From: Eledone cirrhosa
Taxonomy: Eukaryota
DNA length: 64,000 nt
Direction: 5' to 3'
NCBI GenBank assembly: GCA_964016885.1
Contig: OZ024743.1
Coordinates: 270,134,001-270,198,000, forward strand
Each line of letters opens with the position of its first letter. Positions within the stretch are counted from its first letter, which is position 1. Shown here one piece after another: positions 47,801 through 59,999 of the stretch. The notes beneath the pieces were generated by a model that was given only the letters and a program-made list of their open reading frames with translations, had not been told where the DNA came from and ran no database searches. Made by a program: the position numbers and the translations under genes.

Positions 47801-50800
47801 GTGTTTGAGGTGGTGTTGATGTTAGTGGTGTTGGTAGTAGTGTTTGAGGCGGTGTTGATGTTAGTGATGTTGGTAGTAGTGTTTGAGGTGGTGTTGATGT
47901 TAGCGGTGTTGGTAGTAGTGTTTGAGGTGGTGTTGATGTTAGTGGTGTTGGTAGTAGTGTTTGAGGTGGTGTTGATGTTAGTGGTGTTGGTAGTAGTGTT
48001 TGAGGTGGTGTTGATGTTAGTGGTGTTGGTAGTAGTGTTTGAGGTGGTGTTGATGTTAGTGGTGTTGGGGGTAGTGTTTGAGGTGGTGTTGATGTTAGTG
48101 GTGTTGGTAGTAGTGTCTGAGGTGGTGTTGATGTTAGTGGTGTTGGTAGGAGTGTTTGAGGTGGTGTGATGTTAGTGGTGTTGGTAGTAGTGTTTGAGGT
48201 GGTGTTGATGTTAGTGGTGTTGGTAGTAGTGTTTGAGGTGGTGTTGATGTTAGTGGTGTTGGTAGTAGTGTTTGAGGTGGTGTTGACCTTAGTGGTGTTG
48301 GTAGTAGTGTTTGAGGTGGTGTTGATGTTAGTGGTGTTGGTAGTAGTGTTTGAGGTGGTGTTGATGTTAGTGGTGTTGGTAGTAGTGTTTGAGGTGGTGT
48401 TGATGTTAGCGGTGTTGGTAGTAGTGTTTGAGGAGGTGTTGATGTTAGTGGTGTTGGTAGTAGAGTTTGAGGTGGTGTTGATGTTAGTGGTGTTGGTAGT
48501 AGAGTTTGAGGTGGTGTTGATGTTAGTGGTGTTGGTAGTAGAGTTTGAGGAGGTGTTGATGTTAGTGGTGTTGGTAGTAGTGTTTGAGGTGGTGTTGATG
48601 TTAGTGGTGTTGGTAGTAGTGTTTGAGGTGGTGTTGATGCTAGAGGTGTTGGTAGTAGTGTTTGAGGTGGTGTTGATGTTAGTGGTGTTGGTAGTAGTGT
48701 TTGAGGTGGTGTTGATGTTAGTGGTGTTGGTAGTAGTGTTTGAGGTGGTGTTGATGTTAGAGGTGTTGGTAGTAGTGTTTGAGGTGGTGTTAACGTTAGT
48801 GGTGTTGGTAGTAGTATTTGAGGTGGTGTTGATGTTAGTGTTGTTGGTAGTAGTGTTTGACGTGGTGTTGTTGTTAGTGGTGTTGGTAGTAGTGTCTGAG
48901 GTGGTGTTGATGTTAGTGGTGTTGGTAGTAGTGTTTGAGGAGGTGTTGATGTTAGTGGTGTTGGGTGTAGTGTTTGAGGTGGTGTTGATGTTAGCGGTGT
49001 TGGTAGTAGTGTTTGAGGTGGTGTTGATGTTAGTGGTGTTGGTAGTAGTGTTTGAGGTGGTGTTGATGTTAGTGGTGTTGGTAGTAGTGTTTGAGGTGGT
49101 GTTGATGTTAGTGGTGTTGGTAGTAGTGTTTGAGGTGGTGTTGATGTTAGTGGTGTTGGTAGTAGTGTTTGAGGTGGTGTTGATGTTAGTGGTCTTGGTA
49201 GTAGTGTTTGAGGTGGTGGTGGTGTTAGAGGTGTTGGTAGTAGTCTTGGAGGTGGTGTTGATGTTAGTGGCGTTGGTAGTAGTGTTTGACGTGGTGTTGA
49301 TGTTATTGGTGTTGGTAGTAGTGTTTGACGTGGTTTTGATGTTAGTGGTGTTGGTAGTAGTGTTTGACGTGGTGTTGTTGTTAGTGGTGTTGGTAGTAGT
49401 GTTTGACGTGGTGTTGTTGTTAGTGGTGTTGGTAGTAGTGTCTGAGGTGGTGTTGATGTTAGTGGTGTTGGTAGTAGTGTTTGAGGTGGTGTTGATGTTA
49501 GTGGTGTTGGTAGTAGTGTTTGACGTGGTGTTGTTGTTAGTGGTGTTGGTAGTAGTGTCTGAGGTGGTGTTGATGTTAGTGGTGTTGGTAGTAGTGTTTG
49601 AGGTGGTGTTGATGTTAGTGGTGTTGGTAGTAGTGTTTGACGTGGTTTTGATGTTAGTGGTGTTGGTAGTAGTGTTTGACGTGGTGTTGTTGTTAGTGGT
49701 GTTGGTAGTAGTGTCTGAGGTGGTGTTGATATTAGTGGTGTTGGTAGTAGTGTCTGAGGTGGTGTTGACCTTAGTGGTGTTGGTAGTAGTGTTTGAGGTG
49801 GTGTTGACGTTAGTGGTGTTGGTAGTAGTGTTTGAGGTGGTGTTGATGTTAGTGATGTTGGTAGTAGTGTTTGAGGTGGTGTTGATGTTAGCGGTGTTGG
49901 TAGTAGTGTTTGAGGTGGTGTTGATGTTAGTGGTGTTGGTAGTAGTGTTTGAGGTGGTGTTGATGTTAGTGGTGTTGGTAGTAGTGTTTGAGGTGGTGTT
50001 GATGTTAGTGGTGTTGGTAGTAGTGTTTGAGGTGGTGTTGATGTTAGTGGTGTTGGTAGTAGTGTTTGAGGTGGTGTTGATGTTAGCGGTGTTGGTAGTA
50101 GTGTTTGAGGTGGTGTTGATGTTAGCGGTGTTGGTAGTAGTGTTTGAGGTGGTGTTGATGTAAGTGGTGTTGGTAGTAGTGTTTGATGTGGTGGTGGTGT
50201 TAGTGGTGTTGGTAGTAGTGTTTGAGGTGGTGTTGATGTTAGCGGTGTTGGTAGTAGTGTTTGTGGTGGTGTTGATGTTAGCGGTGTTGGTAGTAGTGTT
50301 TGAGGTGGTGTTGATGTTAGTGGTGTTGGTAGTAGTGTTTGAGGTGGTGTTGATGTTAGTGGTGTTGGTAGTAGTGTTTGAGGAGGTGTTGATGTTAGTG
50401 GTGTTGGGTGTAGTGTTTGAGGTTGTGTTGATGTTAGTGGTGTTGGTAGTAGTGTTTGAGGTGGTGTTGATGTTAGTGGTGTTGGTAGTAGTGTTTGAGG
50501 TGGTGTTGATGTTAGTGGTGTTGGTAGTAGTGTTTGAGGTGGTGTTGATGTTAGTGGTGTTGGTAGTAGTGTTTGAGGTGGTGTTGATGTTAGCGGTGTT
50601 GGTAGTAGTGTTTGAGGTGGTGTTGATGTTAGCGGTGTTGGTAGTAGTGTTTGAGGTGGTGTTGATGTAAGTGGTGTTGGTAGTAGTGTTTGATGTGGTG
50701 GTGGTGTTAGTGGTGTTGGTAGTAGTGTTTGAGGTGGTGTTGATGTTAGCGGTGTTGGTAGTAGTGTTTGTGGTGGTGTTGATGTTAGCGGTGTTGGTAG

Positions 50801-53800
50801 TAGTGTTTGAGGTGGTGTTGATGTTAGTGGTGTTGGTAGTAGTGTTTGAGGTGGTGTTGATGTTAGTGGTGTTGGTAGTAGTGTTTGAGGAGGTGTTGAT
50901 GTTAGTGGTGTTGGGTGTAGTGTTTGAGGTGGTGTTGATGTTAGCGGTGTTGGTAGTAGTGTTTGAGGTGGTGTTGATGTTAGTGGTCTTGGTAGTAGTG
51001 TTTGAGGTGGTGGTGGTGTTAGAGGTGTTGGTAGTAGTCTTGGAGGTGGTGTTGATGTTAGTGGCGTTGGTAGTAGTGTTTGACGTGGTGTTGATGTTAT
51101 TGGTGTTGGTAGTAGTGTTTGAGGTGGTGTTGATGTTAGTGGTGTTGGTAGTAGTGTTTGAGGTGGTGTTGATGTTAGTGGTGTTGGTAGTAGTGTTTGA
51201 GGTGGTGTTGATGTTAGTGGTGTTGGTAGTAGTGTTTGACGTGGTGTTGATGTTAGTGGTGTTGGTAGTAGTGTTTGAGGTGTTGTTGATGTTAGTCGTG
51301 TGGGTAGTAGTGTTTGAGGTGGTGTTGATGTTAGTGGTGTTGGTAGTAGTGTTTGAGGCGGTGTTGATGTTAGTGATGTTGGTAGTAGTGTTTGAGGTGG
51401 TGTTGATGTTAGCGGTGTTGGTAGTAGTGTTTGAGGTGGTGTTGATGTTAGTGGTGTTGGTAGTAGTGTTTGAGGTGGTGTTGATGTTAGTGGTGTTGGT
51501 AGTAGTGTTTGAGGTGGTGTTGATGTTAGTGGTGTTGGTAGTAGTGTTTGAGGTGGTGTTGATGTTAGTGGTGTTGGGGGTAGTGTTTGAGGTGGTGTTG
51601 ATGTTAGTGGTGTTGGTAGTAGTGTCTGAGGTGGTGTTGATGTTAGTGGTGTTGGTAGGAGTGTTTGAGGTGGTGTGATGTTAGTGGTGTTGGTAGTAGT
51701 GTTTGAGGTGGTGTTGATGTTAGTGGTGTTGGTAGTAGTGTTTGAGGTGGTGTTGATGTTAGTGGTGTTGGTAGTAGTGTTTGAGGTGGTGTTGATGTTA
51801 GAGGTGTTGGTAGTAGTGTTTGAGGTGGTGTTAACGTTAGTGGTGTTGGTAGTAGTATTTGAGGTGGTGTTGATGTTAGTGGTGTTGGTAGTAGTGTTTG
51901 ACGTGGTGTTGTTGTTAGTGGTGTTGGTAGTAGTGTCTGAGGTGGTGTTGGTGTTAGTGGTGTTGGTAGTAGTGTTTGAGGTGGTGTTGATGTTAGTGGT
52001 GTTGGTAGTAGTGTTTGACGTGGTGTTGTTGTTAGTGGTGTTGGTAGTAGTGTCTGAGGTGGTGTTGATGTTAGTGGTGTTGGTAGTAGTGTTTGAGGTG
52101 GTGTTGATGTTAGTGGTGTTGGTAGTAGTGTTTGACGTGGTGTTGATGTTAGTGGTGTTGGTAGTAGTGTTTGACGTGGTCTTGTTGTTAGTGGTGTTGG
52201 TAGTAGTGTCTGAGGTGGTGTTGATGTTAGTGGTGTTGGTAGTAGTGTTTGAGGTGGTGTTGATGTTAGTGGTGTTGGTAGTAGTGTTTGAGGTGGTGTT
52301 GACCTTAGTGGTGTTGGTAGTAGTGTTTGAGGTGGTGTTGACGTTAGTGGTGTTGGTAGTAGTGTTTGAGGTGGTGTTGATGTTAGTGATGTTGGTAGTA
52401 GTGTTTGAGGTGGTGTTGATGTTAGCGGTGTTGGTAGTAGTGTTTGAGGTGGTGTTGATGTTAGTGGTGTTGGTAGTAGTGTTTGAGGTGGTGTTGATGT
52501 TAGTGGTGTTGTTAGTAGTGTTTGGGGTGGTGTTAATGTTAGTGGTGTTGGCAGTAGTGTTTGAGGTGGTGTTGATGTTAGCGGTGTTGGTAGTAGTGTT
52601 TGAGGTGGTGTTGATGTTAGTGGTGTTGGTAGTAGTGTTTGAGGTGGTGTTGATGTTAGTGGTGTTGGCAGTAGTGTTTGAGGTGGTGTTGATGTTAGCG
52701 GTGTTGGTAGTAGTGTTTGAGGTGGTGTTGATGTTAGCGGTGTTGGTAGTAGTGTTTGAGGTGGTGTTGATGTTAGTGGTGTTGGTAGTAGTGTTTGAGC
52801 TGGTGTTGATGTTAGTGGTGTTGGTAGTAGTGTTTGAGGAGGTGTTGATGTTAGTGGTCTTGGTAGTAGTGTTTGAGGTGGTGGTGGTGTTAGAGGTGTT
52901 GGTAGTAGTCTTGGAGGTGGTGTTGATGTTAGTGGCGTTGGTAGTAGTGTTTGACGTGGTGTTGATGTTATTGGTGTTGGTAGTAGTGTTTGAGGTGGTG
53001 TTGATGTTAGTAGTGTTGGTAGTAGTGTTTGAGGTGGTGTTGATGTTAGTGGTGTTGGTAGTAGTGTTTGAGGTGGTGTTGATGTTAGTGGTGTTGGTAG
53101 TAGTGTTTGACGTGGTGTTGATGTTAGTGGTGTTGGTAGTAGTGTTTGAGGTGTTGTTGATGTTAGTGGTGTTGGTAGTAGTGTTTGAGGTGGTGTTGAT
53201 GTTAGTGGTGTTGGTAGTAGTGTTTGAGGCGGTGTTGATGTTAGTGGTGTTGGTAGTAGTGTTTGAGGTGGTGTTGATGTTAGTGGTGTTGGTAGTAGTG
53301 TTTGACGTGGTGTTGACCTTAGTGGTGTTGGTAGTAGTGTTTGAGGTGGTGTTGACGTTAGTGGTGTTGGTAGTAGTGTTTGAGGTGGTGTTGATGTTAG
53401 TGATGTTGGTAGTAGTGTTTGAGGTGCTGTTGATGTTAGCGGTGTTGGTAGTAGTGTTTGAGGTGGTGTTGATGTTAGTGGTGTTGGTAGTAGTGTTTGA
53501 GGTGGTGTTGATGTTAGTGGTGTTGGTAGTAGTGTTTGAGGTGGTGTTGATGTTAGTGGTGTTGGTAGTAGTGTTTGAGGTGGTGTTGATGTTAGTGGTG
53601 TTGTTAGTAGTGTTTGAGGTGGTGTTGATGTTAGTGGTGTTGGTAGTAGTGTTTGAGGTGGTGTTGATGTTAGTGGTGTTGTTAGTAGTGTTTGAGGTGG
53701 TGTTGATGTTAGTGGTGTTGGTAGTAGTGTTTGAGGTGGTGTTGATGTTAGTGGTGTTGGTAGTAGTGTTTGAGGTGGTGTTGATGTTAGTGGTGTTGTT

Positions 53801-56800
53801 AGTAGTGTTTGAGGTGGTGTTGATGTTAGTGGTGTTGGTAGTAGTGTTTGAGGTGGTGTTGATGTTAGTGGTGTTGTTAGTAGTGTTTGAGGTGGTGTTG
53901 ATGTTAGTGGTGTTGGTAGTAGTGTTTGAGGTGGTGTTGATGTTAGTGGTGTTGGTAGTAGTGTTTGAGGTGGTGTTGATGTTAGTGGTGTTGGTAGTAG
54001 TGTTTGAGGTGGTGTTGGTGTTAGTGGTGTTGGTAGTAGTGTTTGAGGTGGTGTTGATGTTAGTGGTGTTGGTAGTAGTGTTTGACGTGGTGTTGTTGTT
54101 AGTGGTGTTGGTAGTAGTGTCTGAGGTGGTGTTGATGTTAGTGGTGTTGGTAGTAGTGTTTGAGGTGGTGTTGATGTTAGTGGTGTTGGTAGTAGTGTTT
54201 GACGTGGTGTTGATGTTAGTGGTGTTGGTAGTAGTGTTTGACGTGGTCTTGTTGTTAGTGGTGTTGGTAGTAGTGTCTGAGGTGGTGTTGATGTTAGTGG
54301 TGTTGGTAGTAGTGTTTGAGGTGGTGTTGATGTTAGTGGTGTTGGTAGTAGTGTTTGAGGTGGTGTTGACCTTAGTGGTGTTGGTAGTAGTGTTTGAGGT
54401 GGTGTTGACGTTAGTGGTGTTGGTAGTAGTGTTTGAGGTGGTGTTGATGTTAGTGATGTTGGTAGTAGTGTTTGAGGTGGTGTTGATGTTAGCGGTGTTG
54501 GTAGTAGTGTTTGAGGTGGTGTTGATGTTAGTGGTGTTGGTAGTAGTGTTTGAGGTGGTGTTGATGTTAGTGGTGTTGTTAGTAGTGTTTGGGGTGGTGT
54601 TAATGTTAGTGGTGTTGGCAGTAGTGTTTGAGGTGGTGTTGATGTTAGCGGTGTTGGTAGTAGTGTTTGAGGTGGTGTTGATGTTAGTGGTGTTGGTAGT
54701 AGTGTTTGAGGTGGTGTTGATGTTAGTGGTGTTGGCAGTAGTGTTTGAGGTGGTGTTGATGTTAGCGGTGTTGGTAGTAGTGTTTGAGGTGGTGTTGATG
54801 TTAGCGGTGTTGGTAGTAGTGTTTGAGGTGGTGTTGATGTTAGTGGTGTTGGTAGTAGTGTTTGAGCTGGTGTTGATGTTAGTGGTGTTGGTAGTAGTGT
54901 TTGAGGAGGTGTTGATGTTAGTGGTCTTGGTAGTAGTGTTTGAGGTGGTGGTGGTGTTAGAGGTGTTGGTAGTAGTCTTGGAGGTGGTGTTGATGTTAGT
55001 GGCGTTGGTAGTAGTGTTTGACGTGGTGTTGATGTTATTGGTGTTGGTAGTAGTGTTTGAGGTGGTGTTGATGTTAGTAGTGTTGGTAGTAGTGTTTGAG
55101 GTGGTGTTGATGTTAGTGGTGTTGGTAGTAGTGTTTGAGGTGGTGTTGATGTTAGTGGTGTTGGTAGTAGTGTTTGACGTGGTGTTGATGTTAGTGGTGT
55201 TGGTAGTAGTGTTTGAGGTGTTGTTGATGTTAGTGGTGTTGGTAGTAGTGTTTGAGGTGGTGTTGATGTTAGTGGTGTTGGTAGTAGTGTTTGAGGCGGT
55301 GTTGATGTTAGTGGTGTTGGTAGTAGTGTTTGAGGTGGTGTTGATGTTAGTGGTGTTGGTAGTAGTGTTTGAGGTGGTGTTGACCTTAGTGGTGTTGGTA
55401 GTAGTGTTTGAGGTGGTGTTGACGTTAGTGGTGTTGGTAGTAGTGTTTGAGGTGGTGTTGATGTTAGTGATGTTGGTAGTAGTGTTTGAGGTGCTGTTGA
55501 TGTTAGCGGTGTTGGTAGTAGTGTTTGAGGTGGTGTTGATGTTAGTGGTGTTGGTAGTAGTGTTTGAGGTGGTGTTGATGTTAGTGGTGTTGGTAGTAGT
55601 GTTTGAGGTGGTGTTGATGTTAGTGGTGTTGGTAGTAGTGTTTGAGGTGGTGTTGATGTTAGTGGTGTTGTTAGTAGTGTTTGAGGTGGTGTTGATGTTA
55701 GTGGTGTTGGTAGTAGTGTTTGAGGTGGTGTTGATGTTAGTGGTGTTGTTAGTAGTGTTTGAGGTGGTGTTGATGTTAGTGGTGTTGGTAGTAGTGTTTG
55801 AGGTGGTGTTGATGTTAGTGGTGTTGGTAGTAGTGTTTGAGGTGGTGTTGATGTTAGTGGTGTTGTTAGTAGTGTTTGAGGTGGTGTTGATGTTAGTGGT
55901 GTTGGTAGTAGTGTTTGAGGTGGTGTTGATGTTAGTGGTGTTGTTAGTAGTGTTTGAGGTGGTGTTGATGTTAGTGGTGTTGGTAGTAGTGTTTGAGGTG
56001 GTGTTGATGTTAGTGGTGTTGGTAGTAGTGTTTGAGGTGGTGTTGATGTTAGTGGTGTTGGTAGTAGTGTTTGAGGTGGTGTTGATGTTAGTGGTGTTGG
56101 TAGTAGTGTTTGAGGTGGTGTTGATGTTAGTGGTGTTGGTAGTAGTGTTTGAGGTGGTGTTGATGTTAGCGGTGTTGGTAGTAGTGTTTGAGGTGGTGTT
56201 GATGTTAGCGGTGTTGGTAGTAGTGTTTGAGGTGGTGTTGATGTAAGTGGTGTTGGTAGTAGTGTTTGAGGTGGTGGTGGTGTTAGTGGTGTTGGTAGTA
56301 GTGTTTGAGGTGGTGTTGATGTTAGCGGTGTTAGTAGTAGTGTTTGTGGTGGTGTTGATGTTAGCGGTGTTGGTAGTAGTGTTTGAGGTGGTGTTGATGT
56401 TAGTGGTGTTGGTAGTAGTGTTTGAGGTGGTGTTGATGTTAGTGGTGTTGGTAGTAGTGTTTGAGGAGGTGTTGATGTTAGTGGTGTTGGGTGTAGTGTT
56501 TGAGGTGGTGTTGATGTTAGCGGTGTTGGTAGTAGTGTTTGAGGTGGTGTTGATGTTAGTGGTGTTGGTAGTAGTGTTTGAGGTGGTGTTGATGTTAGTG
56601 GTGTTGGTAGTAGTGTTTGAGGTGGTGTTGATGTTAGTGGTGTTGGTAGTAGTGTTTGAGGTGGTGGTGGTGTTAGAGGTGTTGGTAGTAGTCTTGGAGG
56701 TGGTGTTGATGTTAGTGGCGTTGGTAGTAGTGTTTGACGTGGTGTTGTTTGTTATTGGTGTTGGTAGTAGTGTTTGAGGTGGTGTTGATGTTAGTGGTGT

Positions 56801-59633
56801 TGGTAGTAGTGTTTGAGGTGGTGTTGATGTTAGTGGTGTTGGTAGTAGTGTTTGAGGTGGTGTTGATGTTAGTGGTGTTGGTAGTAGTGTTTGACGTGGT
56901 GTTGATGTTAGTGGTGTTGGTAGTAGTGTTTGAGGTGTTGTTGATGTTAGTGGTGTGGGTAGTAGTGTTTGAGGTGGTGTTGATGTTAGTGGTGTTGGTA
57001 GTAGTGTTTGAGGCGGTGTTGATGTTAGTGATGTTGGTAGTAGTGTTTGAGGTGGTGTTGATGTTAGCGGTGTTGGTAGTAGTGTTTGAGGTGGTGTTGA
57101 TGTTAGTGGTGTTGGTAGTAGTGTTTGAGGTGGTGTTGATGTTAGTGGTGTTGGTAGTAGTGTTTGAGGTGGTGTTGATGTTAGTGGTGTTGGTAGTAGT
57201 GTTTGAGGTGGTGTTGATGTTAGTGGTGTTGGGGGTAGTGTTTGAGGTGGTGTTGATGTTAGTGGTGTTGGTAGTAGTGTCTGAGGTGGTGTTGATGTTA
57301 GTGGTGTTGGTAGGAGTGTTTGAGGTGGTGTGATGTTAGTGGTGTTGGTAGTAGTGTTTGAGGTGGTGTTGATGTTAGTGGTGTTGGTAGTAGTGTTTGA
57401 GGTGATGTTGATGTTAGTGGTGTTGGTAGTAGTGTTTGAGGTGGTGTTGACTTTAGTGGTGTTGGTAGTAGTGTTTGAGGTGGTGTTGATGTTAGTGATG
57501 TTGGTAGTAGAGTTTGAGGTGGTGTTGATGTTAGTGGTGTTGGTAGTAGAGTTTGAGGTGGTGTTGATGTTAGTGGTGTTGGTAGTAGAGTTTGAGGAGG
57601 TGTTGATGTTAGTGGTGTTGGTAGTAGTGTTTCAGGTGGTGTTGATGTTAGTGGTGTTGGTAGTAGTGTTTGAGGTGGTGTTGATGCTAGAGGTGTTGGT
57701 AGTAGTGTTTGAGGTGGTGTTGATGTTAGTGGTGTTGGTAGTAGTGTTTGAGGTGGTGTTGATGTTAGTGGTGTTGGTAGTAGTGTTTAAGGTGGTGTTG
57801 ATGTTAGAAGTGTTGGTAGTAGTGTTTGAGGTGGTGTTAACGTTAGTGGTGTTGGTAGTAGTGTTTGAGGTGGTGTTGATGTTAGTGGTGTTGGTAGTAG
57901 TGTTTGACGTGGTGTTGTTGTTAGTGGTGTTGGTAGTAGTGTCTGAGGTGGTGTTGATGTTAGTGGTGTTGGTAGTAGTGTTTGAGGTGGTGTTGATGTT
58001 AGTGGTGTTGGTAGTAGTGTTTGAGGTGGTGTTGATGTTAGTGGTGTTGGTAGTAGTGTTTGACGTGGTGTTGTTGTTAGTGGTGTTGGTAGTAGTGTCT
58101 GAGGTGGTGTTGATGTTAGTGGTGTTGGTAGTAGTGATTGAGGTGGTGTTGATGTTAGTGGTGTTGGTAGTAGTGTTTGACGTGGTTTTGATGTTAGTGG
58201 TGTTGGTAGTAGTGTTTGACGTGGTGTTGTTGTTAGTGGTGTTGGTAGTAGTGTCTGAGGTGGTGTTGATGTTAGTGGTGTTGGTAGTAGTGTTTGAGGT
58301 GCTGTTGATGTTAGTGGTGTTGGTAGTAGTGTTTGAGGTGGTGTTGACGTTAGTGGTGTTGGTAGTAGTGTTTGAGGTTGTGTTGATGTTAGTGGTGTTG
58401 GTAGTAGTGTTTGAGGTGGTGTTGATGTTAGTGGTGTTGGTAGTAGTGTTTGAGGTGGTGTTGATGTTAGTGGTGTTGGTAGTAGTGTTTGAGGTGGTGT
58501 TGATGTTAGTGGTGTTGGTAGTAGTGTTTGAGGTGGTGTTGATGTTAGCGGTGTTGGTAGTAGTGTTTGAGGTGGTGTTGATGTTAGCGGTGTTGGTAGT
58601 AGTGTTTTAGGTGGTGTTGATGTAAGTGGTGTTGGTAGTAGTGTTTGATGTGGTGGTGGTGTTAGTGGTGTTGGTAGTAGTGTTTGAGGTGGTGTTGATG
58701 TTAGCGGTGTTGGTAGTAGTGTTTGTGGTGGTGTTGATGTTAGCGGTGTTGGTAGTAGTGTTTGAGGTGGTGTTGATGTTAGTGGTGTTGGTAGTAGTGT
58801 TTGAGGTGGTGTTGATGTTAGTGGTGTTGGTAGTAGTGTTTGAGGAGGTGTTGATGTTAGTGGTGTTGGGTGTAGTGTTTGAGGTGGTGTTGATGTTAGC
58901 GGTGTTGGTAGTAGTGTTTGAGGTGGTGTTGATGTTAGTGGTCTTGGTAGTAGTGTTTGAGGTGGTGGTGGTGTTAGAGGTGTTGGTAGTAGTCTTGGAG
59001 GTGGTGTTGATGTTAGTGGCGTTGGTAGTAGTGTTTGACGTGGTGTTGATGTTATTGGTGTTGGTAGTAGTGTTTGAGGTGGTGTTGATGTTAGTGGTGT
59101 TGGTAGTAGTGTTTGAGGTGGTGTTGATGTTAGTGGTGTTGGTAGTAGTGTTTGAGGTGGTGTTGATGTTAGTGGTGTTGGTAGTAGTGTTTGACGTGGT
59201 GTTGATGTTAGTGGTGTTGGTAGTAGTGTTTGAGGTGTTGTTGATGTTAGTCGTGTGGGTAGTAGTGTTTGAGGTGGTGTTGATGTTAGTGGTGTTGGTA
59301 GTAGTGTTTGAGGCGGTGTTGATGTTAGTGATGTTGGTAGTAGTGTTTGAGGTGGTGTTGATGTTAGCGGTGTTGGTAGTAGTGTTTGAGGTGGTGTTGA
59401 TGTTAGTGGTGTTGGTAGTAGTGTTTGAGGTGGTGTTGATGTTAGTGGTGTTGGTAGTAGTGTTTGAGGTGGTGTTGATGTTAGTGGTGTTGGTAGTAGT
59501 GTTTGAGGTGGTGTTGATGTTAGTGGTGTTGGGGGTAGTGTTTGAGGTGGTGTTGATGTTAGTGGTGTTGGTAGTAGTGTCTGAGGTGGTGTTGATGTTA
59601 GTGGTGTTGGTAGGAGTGTTTGAGGTGGTGTGA
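44742..59633. repeat. Recurrent ~1-kb (26-monomer) cassette bounded by ATGTAA and the GTGGTGTGATG deletion: 44745-45752, 47162-48169, 50671-51678 and 58626-59633, with longer variants at 40340-41971 and 56247-57333
   Basis: Four equal-length 335-aa ORFs carry the same variant order: TTTGTG, GGTGTA, GTCTTG, GTCTTGGAG, GTGGCG, TTATTG, GTGTGG, GAGGCG, GTGATG, TCT, GGA. Confidence 0.9.
51940..56070. repeat. Near-perfect tandem duplication of a 53-monomer (2067-bp) block
   Basis: GACGTGGTCTTG (C at 52181/54248) and TTTGGGGTGGTGTTAATG (52524/54591) lie at offset 2067 = 53x39. The downstream markers follow in order. Confidence 0.9.
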
Positions 59634-59999
59634 TGTTAGTGGTGTTGGTAGTAGTGTTTGAGGTGGTGTTGATGTTAGTGGTGTTGGTAGTAGTGTTTGA
59701 GGTGGTGTTGATGTTAGTGGTGTTGGTAGTAGTGTTTGAGGTGGTGTTGACCTTAGTGGTGTTGGTAGTAGTGTTTGAGGTGGTGTTGATGTTAGTGGTG
59801 TTGGTAGTAGAGTTTGAGGTGGTGTTGATGTTAGTGGTGTTGGTAGTAGTGTTTGAGGTGGTGTTGATGTTAGTGGTGTTGGTAGTAGTGTTTGAGGTGG
59901 TGTTGACCTTAGTGGTGTTGGTAGTAGAGTTTGAGGAGGTGTTGATGTTAGTGGTGTTGGTAGTAGTGTTTCAGGTGGTGTTGATGTTAGTGGTGTTGG

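Noticed and set aside
7-59633. Plus-strand Val/Leu-rich ORFs up to 3116 aa as giant membrane proteins
   Set aside because: They are pure translations of the stop-free 39-mer with an implausible composition. Starts are arbitrary GTG/ATG codons within the repeat, and ends are set by amplified indels and TAA variants.
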